A program made the position numbers and the translations under genes. A stretch of DNA of 64,000 nucleotides from an uncultured Candidatus Izemoplasmatales bacterium. Lineage in GTDB: Bacteria > Bacillota_I > Bacilli_A > Izemoplasmatales > Izemoplasmataceae. Location of the stretch: the NCBI GenBank assembly GCA_964581705.1, contig CAZOPM010000002.1, positions 1,687-65,686 of the forward strand, given 5' to 3'. The notes beneath the pieces are model-generated. The model searched no databases. It saw only the letters and a program-made list of their open reading frames with translations, and had not been told where the DNA came from. Below, in pieces: positions 43,915 through 53,254 of this stretch; within the stretch, counting starts at the first letter, position 1, and every line of letters starts with the position of its first letter.

Positions 43915-43997
43915 GTTTGTCACATTCGAAGTTATTCGATGACAAGCCTTTATTGCGTTGCATGATGTGCTTGTGTCGAATCCCTCATATAAAGTGA

Positions 43998-44028
43998 GCC
44001 GGATAGACATAGTCTGTCCGGCTTTTTT
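43998..44028 (+). terminator. his attenuator terminator
   Basis: GCCGGATAGAC-ATA-GTCTGTCCGGC followed by TTTTTT, 44 nt upstream of hisZ. Confidence 0.8.
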
Positions 44029-44071
44029 CATACCCCATCACTTTACCATACTAAATTAAAAGGAGCTTACT

Positions 44072-45004
44072 ATGGCACCCACTCAGAAACTTAGTGATCA
44101 ACTCACCTATCTCAAACGAAAACAAGCCTTACTTGAAACGTATTCAACCCTGGCGGCACAGGAGGGGTACGTATTGTTCGAACCCGAAGATTTTCAGTCT
44201 TATGACCGATTCAAACGCATTAATGCGCGCATTGCACCCCAGGATATGGTCAAAGTCACAGACACAGGCGGCGAAGTTCTGATCCTTCGTCCCGATGTCA
44301 CCTCGCAAGTGATTGACCGACTCATTCCCAAATGGGACGGCAAAAACGCGCTCAAACTCTATTATGACACCACCATCTTCACTCACCGGGAAAACGGCAT
44401 CGAATCCAAGCGCCAGTTCGGTGTGGAAAACATCTCCAATGATTACGCCGAGGCGGATAAGGCGACCCTTTCCCTTGCTACGCGCCTGCTCAATGAAAGC
44501 GCGACAGATTACATGCTTGAACTGGGCAATCAACGCTTTTTGAACGCACTGTTCGACGCGCTTGATGTTTCTGGTGAAGCGCTTGACAATCTCAAGAACA
44601 TCATCACGTACAAAAACGCGTATGAAATGAAACGCTTCATCGAGCGCGAACCTTTAAGTCCTTCTCAGCGCACTATTCTCACTTCGCTGTTTGAACTGGA
44701 GGGCAAGCTTGAGACTATTGAAAAACGCCTCGAACAATTGCCTTTGGATGAAGCGATGACCACTGCGATCGATGAACTCAGGGTACTCAAAACATTTTTG
44801 AACGGCGCGAATGTTGCATACGATCTTTCAATGCTTTCGCAGTTTGATTATTATGAAGGCATTGTTTTCAAAGCGTACATCAAAGATGCACCGACTGCGG
44901 TACTCAAAGGCGGGCGCTACGCCCCCGGGGGGACGCAAGCCAGCGCCATCGGCTTTTCCATCGACATCGCTCCCATGCTGAAAGGACGTGATTCCAATGA
45001 ATAA
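44072..45004 (+). CDS. hisZ: ATP phosphoribosyltransferase regulatory subunit
   Basis: 310-aa HisRS-like core without an anticodon domain. It immediately precedes and overlaps a short-form hisG. Confidence 0.85.
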   Translation: MAPTQKLSDQLTYLKRKQALLETYSTLAAQEGYVLFEPEDFQSYDRFKRINARIAPQDMVKVTDTGGEVLILRPDVTSQVIDRLIPKWDGKNALKLYYDTTIFTHRENGIESKRQFGVENISNDYAEADKATLSLATRLLNESATDYMLELGNQRFLNALFDALDVSGEALDNLKNIITYKNAYEMKRFIEREPLSPSQRTILTSLFELEGKLETIEKRLEQLPLDEAMTTAIDELRVLKTFLNGANVAYDLSMLSQFDYYEGIVFKAYIKDAPTAVLKGGRYAPGGTQASAIGFSIDIAPMLKGRDSNE

Positions 45005-45623
45005 TGAACGCCTGATTATTGCGCTTCCCAAGGGAAGACTGGGTCAAAGTGCGATTGACCAACTGATCGATATCGGCATATCCAGCGATATCAAAGCTTC
45101 ATCGCGCAAGCTCATCTTCACAGATGAAGCGAACAACATCGATGTGATGTTCGTCAAAGCGCTCGATGTCATCACTTATGTTGAGGCGGGTGTGGCCGAC
45201 ATCGGTGTGGTCGGGCGCGACAATATCCTTGAAGAACGCGCTGATGTGTATGTGCTCAAGGATCTGGGTTTCGGTCAATGCAAATTTTGTGTCGCCGGTT
45301 ACGCGGACCGCGAATATGGCGGTGAAGGGCGCGTGCTCAAGGTGGCTACAAAGTATCCCAACGTCGCTCGCGCTTACTTTGAAGAGAAGAAACAGCCCAT
45401 TGAGATCACTTACCTGAGTGGATCGGTCGAACTGGGTCCGATGGTTGCTTTGAGTGATGTCATCGTCGATATTGTGGAAACCGGCAATACCCTCAGAGCC
45501 AACGGCCTCAGTGTCCTCGAAGAAATGCACGATGTTTCTGCCAAACTGATTGCCAACAAATCCAAATACCGTTTCAAAATGCCAAGAATCAAACAAATTA
45601 TCAATGCACTGGAAAGGACGTGA
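44997..45623 (+). CDS. hisG: ATP phosphoribosyltransferase (short form)
   Basis: LIIALPKGRL N-terminus, about 208 aa. ATG 44997 overlaps the hisZ stop. Confidence 0.9.
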   Translation: MNNERLIIALPKGRLGQSAIDQLIDIGISSDIKASSRKLIFTDEANNIDVMFVKALDVITYVEAGVADIGVVGRDNILEERADVYVLKDLGFGQCKFCVAGYADREYGGEGRVLKVATKYPNVARAYFEEKKQPIEITYLSGSVELGPMVALSDVIVDIVETGNTLRANGLSVLEEMHDVSAKLIANKSKYRFKMPRIKQIINALERT

Positions 45624-45627
45624 GTTT

Positions 45628-46914
45628 ATGATCCCTATTATTGAAGCCACCACCCAAAAAGATGTTGTCAACGCCATTCTCAAACGCACGCAGTTCGATT
45701 TCACCGATGTCAACGACAGCGTCGAAGCCATCGTCAACGACGTCAAGACTAACAAGGATAGCGCCGTTCGACGCTACACCAAACGTTTCGACAAAGCTTC
45801 GATCAAAACGTTCAAAATCGAACAGGCCACCATCGACGGCGCCTTTGAGCGCGTAAGTGATACGCTGGTTAATGATTTAAAACGCGCAGCGGCCAACATC
45901 CGGGAATTTCACCAAAAACAAGCACCCACCGACACAACGTTAAAAGACCGCGACGGGGTCGTCCTTAAAGAAAAGGTTCGTCCCATTGAGCGTGTGGGCA
46001 TCTATGTCCCCGGGGGCAGTGCCGCCTATCCCTCAACCGTTCTTATGAATGCCATTCCCGCGGTCATCGCCGGAGTAAAACGCATTGTCATGGTTACACC
46101 GCCATCCGCTGATGGCACCATCAAGGATGCCCTGCTCGTGGCCGCATCGATCGCCGGTGTGGATGAGATTTATACCGTAGGAGGGGCTCAGGCAGTTGCT
46201 GCGCTGGCTTTCGGGACGCAAAGCATTCCCAAAGTGGACAAAATCGTCGGCCCTGGCAATATCTATGTGACAGTGGCCAAACGCATCGTCTCGGGCTACG
46301 TCGGCATTGACATTGTGGCCGGCCCCTCAGAAATCGTCGTATTGGCCGATGAAACAACCAACCCGCAATATGCGGCCGCCGACATGCTTTCTCAGGCGGA
46401 GCACGACCCATACGCCTCATCGATTGTCCTCAGCACCTCTTCGAGTGTGGCTGCGCGCATCAAAGAAGCGGCAATCGAACAGACCAAAAGCCTCTCGCGC
46501 CGCGGCATCATTCAGCAAAGCCTTGAAAAAAACAGCGCCATCATTGTCTGCGACTCCATATCCCAACAGCTTGAATTGTCCAATGCCATCGCGCCTGAAC
46601 ACTTGGAAGTGCTCACCAAGGATGCCGACAGTATTGCTGAGCAGGTGATCAACGCCGGCGCCATATTCATAGGAGCCTACACCCCTGAGCCCGTAGGTGA
46701 TTATTTCGCAGGCCCCAACCATACGCTTCCAACCAGTGGGTCCGCACGCTTTTCAAGCGCCCTATCCACCCGCGATTTCATCAAAATCACCGCCATCACC
46801 AAATACAGTAAAGCGGCACTTGAAGAGGCAGGTGAGGCCATTATCAATATCGCCAATGAAGAAGGTCTCACTGCGCATGCCAATGCGGTGCGACTGCGAC
46901 TGGAGGAATCATGA
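45628..46914 (+). CDS. hisD: histidinol dehydrogenase
   Basis: 428 aa with YVPGGSAAYPSTVLM, the SQAEHD motif and GPNHTLPT. The track start 45550 is rejected. Confidence 0.9.
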   Translation: MIPIIEATTQKDVVNAILKRTQFDFTDVNDSVEAIVNDVKTNKDSAVRRYTKRFDKASIKTFKIEQATIDGAFERVSDTLVNDLKRAAANIREFHQKQAPTDTTLKDRDGVVLKEKVRPIERVGIYVPGGSAAYPSTVLMNAIPAVIAGVKRIVMVTPPSADGTIKDALLVAASIAGVDEIYTVGGAQAVAALAFGTQSIPKVDKIVGPGNIYVTVAKRIVSGYVGIDIVAGPSEIVVLADETTNPQYAAADMLSQAEHDPYASSIVLSTSSSVAARIKEAAIEQTKSLSRRGIIQQSLEKNSAIIVCDSISQQLELSNAIAPEHLEVLTKDADSIAEQVINAGAIFIGAYTPEPVGDYFAGPNHTLPTSGSARFSSALSTRDFIKITAITKYSKAALEEAGEAIINIANEEGLTAHANAVRLRLEES

Positions 46915-47943
46915 ATGCGCACAAAGGATGCGATAGCTTCGCTCAAACCCTACAACCCGCCGAAAACCCGTCCGTCGATCAAGCTTGACGCCAACGAAAG
47001 TGATAATTTTCTCTTTGATGCGCCCCTCAGCTTCGAAGATGTGCCCCTCAATCTATATCCCGACTCCAATGCCACCGCGCTGCGCCAGAGCATTTCACAG
47101 GTCCACACGCTGCCCGCGGAAAACATCATCGTCGGTGCGGGGTCGAGCGAACTGATTGAACTGACCATCAAGACTTACATGAACCCCGGTGACCGTGTGC
47201 TCGCCATGACGCCCACTTTCGGAATGTACGAAGTATATACAACCATGCACGGTGGTGTGTTTGACGCGGTGGCGGTTGATGAAAACCATGACCTCCCCGT
47301 TGATGAATTCATCGCCCGCGCCGATGCGACAAATCCGGCTTTGATCATTTTGTGCTCCCCCAATAATCCTACAGGTAAACGCATCGCAGAAGAAGCCATC
47401 CGCAAAATAGTCACACGTACGAAGGCTCCGGTGCTTGTGGATGAAGCCTACATTGATTTTTCCGGTGAGGATGCCTCACTCAAACACGCCATCCATGAAT
47501 ATTCCAATCTCCTCATCACCCGGACATTTTCCAAAGCCTACGGCATGGCGGGTGCACGTCTGGGCTATATGTTCGCTCCCGAAAAAGTCATCAGCACACT
47601 CAACCGCGTGAAAACCCCTTACAGCGTCAATGCGATCACTCAGACACTCGGCATCAAGGCCTTAAACGCCACACCCCGTGTCAATGAATACTGCAAAGGC
47701 GTGGCAGAGCGCCGCGAAACCCTTAAAAAGGCACTCGAACAACTCGGCTATACAATCACCCCCAGTGAGGCGAACTTTCTGTATGTCACCACCGACGATG
47801 CGACCCTCGGTGACAAGCTCAGCGAAAAAGGAATCGCCATCAGAGCTTATGGGGACAATGCACCCGCGCACTACCGCATCTCCGTAGGCAATACCCAGGA
47901 CAATGATGCGCTTATCCGCGCGCTCAAGGAGGTCAATTCATGA
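46915..47943 (+). CDS. hisC: histidinol-phosphate aminotransferase
   Basis: Class-II aminotransferase with NPNNPTG and TFSKAYGMAG (PLP Lys). Confidence 0.9.
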   Translation: MRTKDAIASLKPYNPPKTRPSIKLDANESDNFLFDAPLSFEDVPLNLYPDSNATALRQSISQVHTLPAENIIVGAGSSELIELTIKTYMNPGDRVLAMTPTFGMYEVYTTMHGGVFDAVAVDENHDLPVDEFIARADATNPALIILCSPNNPTGKRIAEEAIRKIVTRTKAPVLVDEAYIDFSGEDASLKHAIHEYSNLLITRTFSKAYGMAGARLGYMFAPEKVISTLNRVKTPYSVNAITQTLGIKALNATPRVNEYCKGVAERRETLKKALEQLGYTITPSEANFLYVTTDDATLGDKLSEKGIAIRAYGDNAPAHYRISVGNTQDNDALIRALKEVNS

Positions 47944-48521
47944 GAACATCAACCCTCACCCGCACCACCAAGGAAACCGATGTGTCGCTCACACTCACAT
48001 TGAACGCGGCACAAGAAGGAATCATCGATACCGGCATCGCCTTTTTGGACCATATGCTCACGCTTCTGGCGTTTCACGGGAGAATGAACCTTGACATCAA
48101 AGCCACAGGCGATTACGACGTTGATTCCCACCATGTCATCGAAGATGTTGCCATCGTGCTCGGAGAGGCCCTCAAAGAGGCGCTTGGTGATAAGAGAGGC
48201 ATCGAGCGTTACGCCAGTTTGCACGCGCCCATGGACGAAAGTCTTTCGCGCATCGCACTCGATATCTCCGGACGCTCCATGTTCGTGTTTGAATATACAC
48301 CAGTACGCGAGACCATCGGTGGGTTCGCCTTGGAAAACGTCCGTGAATTTTTCCAGGCCTTTTCCAACAACGCGGGGCTTACCTTGCACATCAGTGTGCT
48401 TTATGGACTTAACGATCACCACAAAGTCGAATCCATCTTCAAGGGTCTGGGCCGCGCGCTTTATGTGGCCACATCAATAAACAACGACACCCTGCCCTCC
48501 ACAAAGGGCGTGCTTCAATGA
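47940..48521 (+). CDS. hisB: imidazoleglycerol-phosphate dehydratase (monofunctional)
   Basis: 193 aa with TKETDV, DSHHVIED and the NDHHKVES motif. Confidence 0.9.
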   Translation: MRTSTLTRTTKETDVSLTLTLNAAQEGIIDTGIAFLDHMLTLLAFHGRMNLDIKATGDYDVDSHHVIEDVAIVLGEALKEALGDKRGIERYASLHAPMDESLSRIALDISGRSMFVFEYTPVRETIGGFALENVREFFQAFSNNAGLTLHISVLYGLNDHHKVESIFKGLGRALYVATSINNDTLPSTKGVLQ

Positions 48522-49123
48522 TCACCATCATCGATTATGATTCGGGCAATCTTGCCAGTCTTACCCAGGGATTTAAAAAAGCAGGCATGGACGTCCGCGT
48601 CTCAAGCGACCCTGAAATCATTAAAAATAGCGACGCGCTCGTTTTGCCCGGCGTGGGTGCTTTCGGGGATGCGATGGAGAAATTGCACGCTCGCGGCCTA
48701 CCGCCACTGATCGATGCGCACGTCGAAGCGGGCAAGCCGCTTGTGGGCATCTGTCTGGGCATGCAGCTGTTGTATGAAACAAGCAGTGAACACGGCACCC
48801 ACAAAGGCCTTGGCTATTTAAAGGGGGACATCGTCCCCATTGAAACCACGCGCGTGATTCCCCACATGGGATGGAACGCTCTGTCAATCAATGACCATGG
48901 CAATGCATTGTTCACTTACCTCAGTGAACCGGCCTATGTCTATTTTGTTCACTCCTATATGGTCGAATCCAGCGGAGAAGGCATCGTTGCAACGACTGAT
49001 TATGACGCGGTAATTCCGGCCATTGTACAAAAGGACAACCTCACCGCCATGCAGTTCCACCCAGAAAAAAGCGCCCAGGATGGCCACGCCCTACTGCGCG
49101 CACTCAAGGAGATGATTACATGA
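48518..49123 (+). CDS. hisH: imidazole glycerol phosphate synthase, glutaminase subunit
   Basis: IIDYDSGNL, GICLGMQ (Cys nucleophile), QFHPEKS. Confidence 0.9.
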   Translation: MITIIDYDSGNLASLTQGFKKAGMDVRVSSDPEIIKNSDALVLPGVGAFGDAMEKLHARGLPPLIDAHVEAGKPLVGICLGMQLLYETSSEHGTHKGLGYLKGDIVPIETTRVIPHMGWNALSINDHGNALFTYLSEPAYVYFVHSYMVESSGEGIVATTDYDAVIPAIVQKDNLTAMQFHPEKSAQDGHALLRALKEMIT

Positions 49124-49836
49124 GCATCTATCCGGCCATCGACGTGTTTAACGGCAAGGCCGTCCGCCTTTTAAAGGGCGATTTCAATCAGATGACAGTG
49201 TATGATGACGACCCTGTGGCACTGGCCAAACGCTTTGAAGCCGCAGGCGCACAACGCCTTCATGTGGTCGATCTCAATGCGGCGAAAAACGAATCATCCA
49301 TCAACGAAGCCTGCATCGCCCGTGTGGCCCGCGAACTTTCCATTCCCATTCAGCTGGGCGGGGGCATTCGCACGATTGAACGGGCAACCACCCTTTTAAA
49401 TGCAGGCGTGGACCGCCTCATCATAGGATCGATGGCCGTGCGCGATGAAGCGTCCCTCAAGACACTCATCAATGCCTATGGCCCACGCATCGCCATCGCC
49501 ATCGATGCTGAGGAGGGAATGGTCAAGACCGATGGATGGCAAAGCGCTTCGCAGGTCGATGCGTTAACCTTCGCTAAACACATGGTTGAACTGGGTGCAC
49601 GTACGCTCATTTATACCGATATTGCCAAGGATGGCACCCTCAGCGGCATCGATGTGACGATTTATGACCAGCTCTCCCGACTGGGTGCACGCATTGTCGC
49701 CTCCGGTGGTGTCAGGGACATCGACGACATCCGCAATCTCTCCCACCTGCCTCTTGAGGGAATCATCGTGGGCAAGGCCATCTATGAAGGCACACTTGAT
49801 TTAAAGGAGGCTCTGGCATGCTTGCAAAACGGATAA
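49120..49836 (+). CDS. hisA: ProFAR isomerase
   Basis: [28 protein letters not shown]. Confidence 0.9.
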   Translation: MSIYPAIDVFNGKAVRLLKGDFNQMTVYDDDPVALAKRFEAAGAQRLHVVDLNAAKNESSINEACIARVARELSIPIQLGGGIRTIERATTLLNAGVDRLIIGSMAVRDEASLKTLINAYGPRIAIAIDAEEGMVKTDGWQSASQVDALTFAKHMVELGARTLIYTDIAKDGTLSGIDVTIYDQLSRLGARIVASGGVRDIDDIRNLSHLPLEGIIVGKAIYEGTLDLKEALACLQNG

Positions 49837-50600
49837 TTCCCTGCTTGGACGTCAGAGACGGACGGGTAGTCAAGGGGACCAAGTTCAAAAACATTGTCGA
49901 TGTGGATGACCCTGTGACCCTGGGCAAACGCTACAGCGATGGCGGTGCTGATGAGTTGGTTTTTTATGACATCACCGCATCGCACGAACAACGCGGCACC
50001 ATGCTTGAGTATGTCGAGGCGGTCGCCAAGACAATCGACATTCCCTTCAGTGTGGGTGGTGGCATCCGCAGTGTTGCGGATATGCGTCAGCTTTTAAGAA
50101 GCGGCGCCGACAAAGTATCCCTCAACTCCGCAGCAGTCAAGGACAAGACACTCATCACACAGGGTGCACGCCTCTTTGGCAACCAGTGCATCGTACTTTC
50201 CATCGACGCGAAGCGAAGCGGAGATTCTTATGAGGTCACCATCAACGGTGGACGCACCCCTACGGGGCTGGATGCCATCGAGTGGGCCAAAGAGGGCGTT
50301 AAGCTTGGTGCAGGTGAAATCGTCATCAACAGCATTGATGCGGATGGGATGAAACAAGGCTACGATATTGCCTTGCTCAAGCGTCTGCGCGAAAGTGTCA
50401 ACGTCCCCATCATCGCCTCAGGCGGCGTAGGAACCATTGACCATTTCATCGAAGGCGCTACGTCTGGCAGTGCTGATGGGCTGCTTGCGGCCAGTGTGTT
50501 TCACTACGGCACAATTTCCATTGCGACACTCAAGGATTCACTAATCAAAGCGGGCGTGCACATTCGCCCGATCAAGGAGGAAAATCATGCAAACGATTGA
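49818..50600 (+). CDS. hisF: imidazole glycerol phosphate synthase, cyclase subunit
   Basis: [28 protein letters not shown]. Confidence 0.9.
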   Translation: MLAKRIIPCLDVRDGRVVKGTKFKNIVDVDDPVTLGKRYSDGGADELVFYDITASHEQRGTMLEYVEAVAKTIDIPFSVGGGIRSVADMRQLLRSGADKVSLNSAAVKDKTLITQGARLFGNQCIVLSIDAKRSGDSYEVTINGGRTPTGLDAIEWAKEGVKLGAGEIVINSIDADGMKQGYDIALLKRLRESVNVPIIASGGVGTIDHFIEGATSGSADGLLAASVFHYGTISIATLKDSLIKAGVHIRPIKEENHAND

Positions 50601-51231
50601 TAAGGCAACCATTGATTCAATCGCATTCGACGCCAACGGGCTTGTGCCTGCGGTTGTGCAATCCGTGGATGACAACCAGGTGCTGATGTTGGCGTATATG
50701 AACAAAGACGCACTCGAACAAACCCTCACCACCGGCCGCGGGACGTATTATTCGCGTTCAAGAGGCGAAATCTGGGTCAAAGGCGAAACATCGGGCAACA
50801 CTCAGGAAGTCCGTGAAATTTTTCACGATTGCGACGCCGACAGTGTCCTTCTGCGTGTCAAACAAACCGGTGTGGCGTGTCACAAGCACAAGATGAGCTG
50901 TTTTCACAACCCTATGGGGACCACAAAACCTACAGTCCCCTCTCCCAAAATTATCAAGGAACTCTACAGCACCATCGCACAACGCAGGAAACATCCAGTG
51001 GAAGGGTCTTATACCAATTATCTTTTCAATGAGGGCATCGATAAGATTCTCAAAAAAGTCGGTGAGGAAAGCAGCGAAGTGATCATTGCTTCGAAGAATC
51101 ATGCCGCCAGTGAGATGATCGAGGAAATCAGCGACCTTGTCTACCACACCCTCGTTCTCATGGTCAATGAAGGTGTGACACCTGAAAATGTAAGTGAAGC
51201 CCTCGAAAAAAGAAGGCCCAGCGATGATTGA
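50587..51231 (+). CDS. hisIE: bifunctional phosphoribosyl-AMP cyclohydrolase / phosphoribosyl-ATP pyrophosphatase
   Basis: HisI core (GLVPAVVQ..., [20 protein letters not shown]) plus a C-terminal HisE helix bundle. Confidence 0.9.
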   Translation: MQTIDKATIDSIAFDANGLVPAVVQSVDDNQVLMLAYMNKDALEQTLTTGRGTYYSRSRGEIWVKGETSGNTQEVREIFHDCDADSVLLRVKQTGVACHKHKMSCFHNPMGTTKPTVPSPKIIKELYSTIAQRRKHPVEGSYTNYLFNEGIDKILKKVGEESSEVIIASKNHAASEMIEEISDLVYHTLVLMVNEGVTPENVSEALEKRRPSDD

Positions 51232-52024
51232 CCAGCACATTCACACCATCCACTCGCCTGATGCAAGTCCCCGGGCCACGATGCATTCCCATATGGAAAC
51301 CGCTCGAGCTAAAGGTCTCAGCGCCTTGACGTTCACCGACCATGTGGATTTTGACTCCCCCGTTGACTTGTTTAAGACCTTGCCCGATTATGATGCTATC
51401 TTTAACGATGCAGCATCTTTAAGAACCAATGCCCCCACCCCGCGAATTGGTGTGGGCGTGGAACTGGGATGGCAAACATCAAGTGAAGCCTCAATGCGCG
51501 CCCTTGTCAAGCGCTATGATTTTGACTATGTCATCATGAGTCTGCATGTGGGCGATGGTCTCGATTTTCACAACGGTGACTTTTTTGCTCACTATGGACG
51601 CGAAGAAGGATTCAAACGCTACTTCCAGTTGGTGTTGGAATCATTGAAAACATACGATGATTTTGATGTGTATGGTCACATTGACTACATTTCACGTTAC
51701 GCACCAAATGCGCCTTATGATTATGGTTTCAAGACCCATGAAAAGGCCATCGAAACTATTCTTGAAACGCTCATAGCCCGCGGCAAGGGCATTGAACTCA
51801 ATACTTCGGGGTGGCGCTATGGACTTGAAGCCATGCATCCCAAAAAGGAAGTGCTGCAGAAATATTACGCACTGGGAGGGCGCACAATCACCCTGGGCAG
51901 CGATGCTCACGACCCTGAGTACCTTGCGGCGGATTTCGAGGCCGCAACCTCCTTGCTCAAAACAATTGGATTCACCCATATTTGTCAATTTATTCAGCGC
52001 GAATGCCAATTTGTAAAGATTTGA
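51224..52024 (+). CDS. hisJ: histidinol-phosphatase, PHP family
   Basis: [14 protein letters not shown]-terminal His cluster and GSDAH near the C-terminus. ATG 51224 overlaps the hisIE end (ATGATTGA). Confidence 0.85.
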   Translation: MIDQHIHTIHSPDASPRATMHSHMETARAKGLSALTFTDHVDFDSPVDLFKTLPDYDAIFNDAASLRTNAPTPRIGVGVELGWQTSSEASMRALVKRYDFDYVIMSLHVGDGLDFHNGDFFAHYGREEGFKRYFQLVLESLKTYDDFDVYGHIDYISRYAPNAPYDYGFKTHEKAIETILETLIARGKGIELNTSGWRYGLEAMHPKKEVLQKYYALGGRTITLGSDAHDPEYLAADFEAATSLLKTIGFTHICQFIQRECQFVKI

Positions 52025-52050
52025 CAAAACGGTTGTCAAAGCACTATAAA
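52021..52050 (+). promoter_or_regulatory. aro operon promoter, with the -35 overlapping the hisJ stop codon
   Basis: TTGACA (52021-52026), 18-nt spacer, TATAAA (52045-52050). Confidence 0.55.
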
Positions 52051-52082
52051 AGTGCTACAGTTAACTAAAGGCGGTGGTCTTT

Positions 52083-52118
52083 GTGAGACTAATCGGACGT
52101 TATTATTACCCGATATGA
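52083..52118 (+). CDS. candidate 11-codon leader ORF with three consecutive Tyr codons (VRLIGRYYYPI)
   Basis: GTG start about 26 nt from the predicted TSS, preceded by AAAGGCGGTGG. TAT-TAT-TAC occupies 52101-52109. A terminator lies 60 nt downstream. The start signal is weak. Confidence 0.25.
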   Translation: MRLIGRYYYPI

Positions 52119-52176
52119 CAAGTAGGAATGCTTCGGCAGTCCTGTTTCATATTGGGCCTCGCCATATCACGTTGCA

Positions 52177-52207
52177 ATCCTGTGGGTGAGCCCATGGGAT
52201 TTTTTTA
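52177..52207 (+). terminator. intrinsic terminator in the aro leader (attenuator)
   Basis: 10-bp stem ATCCTGTGGG/CCCATGGGAT (two G-U pairs), loop TGAG, then T7. It lies 28 nt upstream of the aroF ATG. Confidence 0.7.
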
Positions 52208-52234
52208 TTACCCAAACTACTAAGGAGTGTTAAC

Positions 52235-53254
52235 ATGATTGTTAAAATGAAAGATGGCGCCTCAAACGAGTCACTCAAGGTGCTCAAGCAATATCTCAAT
52301 ACTCAGGGATTCGAGGTCAAAAACGCCAGCAGTGGTGATACGGTTGTCTTTGGAATCATCGGCGACACCAGTGCGTTCGATGAGGCCCAACTCTATGCGT
52401 TTGATGACGTTGTGGAAGTCATCCGCATTCAAAGTCCCTTCAAACAGGCTTCCCGCACATTCAAGAAAGACGATACCATCATTCACATCAAAGATGACAT
52501 AAGCATCGGTGGCAACGACAGTGTACTCATGGCTGGCCCTTGCAGTGTGGAAAACGAAACGCAGATGCAGATCATCGCCAAAGCACTCAGTGAACAGGGC
52601 GTGCGCATTCTTCGCGGAGGAGCCTACAAGCCACGCACTTCACCCTACACCTTTCAAGGACTCGGCAAAGAGGGGCTTGAACTTCTCAAGCGTGTAGGAG
52701 AAACCTACGGCATGGCGACTGTCTCCGAACTTCCAAGCGCCGACTTGCTCGGTGAATTCGAAGAATACGTCGACATCATCCAGATCGGTGCACGCAACAT
52801 GCAGAATTTTCATCTTCTCAAAGCACTCGGCAAAACGCAAAAACCGATATTGCTCAAACGCGGACTCTCCGCAACAATCAACGAATGGCTGATGAGTGCG
52901 GAATATATCATCAACGCTGGAAATCCCAATGTCATCTTGATGGAACGGGGCATCAGAACATTCGAGACTGCTACGCGCAACACCCTCGATGTCTCAGCTG
53001 TTCTTGCAGTCAAGGAACGCTCCCATCTGCCAGTTCTCATCGATCCCTCTCATGCGGCAGGACGCTGGCAACTGATTGAAAACCTCGCCAAAGCCGGCCT
53101 CGCCGTGGGGGCGGATGGCTTGATGGTCGAGGTGCATCACAAACCAAAAGAAGCGCTTAGCGATGGCGCGCAATCACTCAAGCTCGACACGTTCGAACAG
53201 GCGCTTACCACCTGGCGTCATCTCGCTGATGCGCTGGGCCGCCCCTTGCGATGA
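52235..53254 (+). CDS. aroF: 3-deoxy-7-phosphoheptulonate (DAHP) synthase, type I-beta with an N-terminal regulatory extension
   Basis: LMAGPCSVE, RGGAYKPRTSPY and the DPSH motif. An extra N-terminal domain of about 70 aa precedes the barrel. Confidence 0.9.
   Translation: MIVKMKDGASNESLKVLKQYLNTQGFEVKNASSGDTVVFGIIGDTSAFDEAQLYAFDDVVEVIRIQSPFKQASRTFKKDDTIIHIKDDISIGGNDSVLMAGPCSVENETQMQIIAKALSEQGVRILRGGAYKPRTSPYTFQGLGKEGLELLKRVGETYGMATVSELPSADLLGEFEEYVDIIQIGARNMQNFHLLKALGKTQKPILLKRGLSATINEWLMSAEYIINAGNPNVILMERGIRTFETATRNTLDVSAVLAVKERSHLPVLIDPSHAAGRWQLIENLAKAGLAVGADGLMVEVHHKPKEALSDGAQSLKLDTFEQALTTWRHLADALGRPLR

Noticed and set aside
45099-45755. 218-aa ORF antisense to hisG/hisD (the longest unexplained ORF in the track)
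   Set aside because: It lies entirely opposite two strongly supported his genes, has no SD, and has a shadow-frame-like composition. It is an antisense artefact of codon-biased genes.
52067-52085. T-box element in the aro leader (AAAGGCGGTGGTC resembles the T-box GGGTGGTACCGCG core, and Tyr codons are nearby)
   Set aside because: The motif sits 10-25 nt from the TSS rather than next to the terminator. The leader of about 150 nt is too short for stem I plus specifier loop, and there is no AGAGA/GNUGGNA arrangement.
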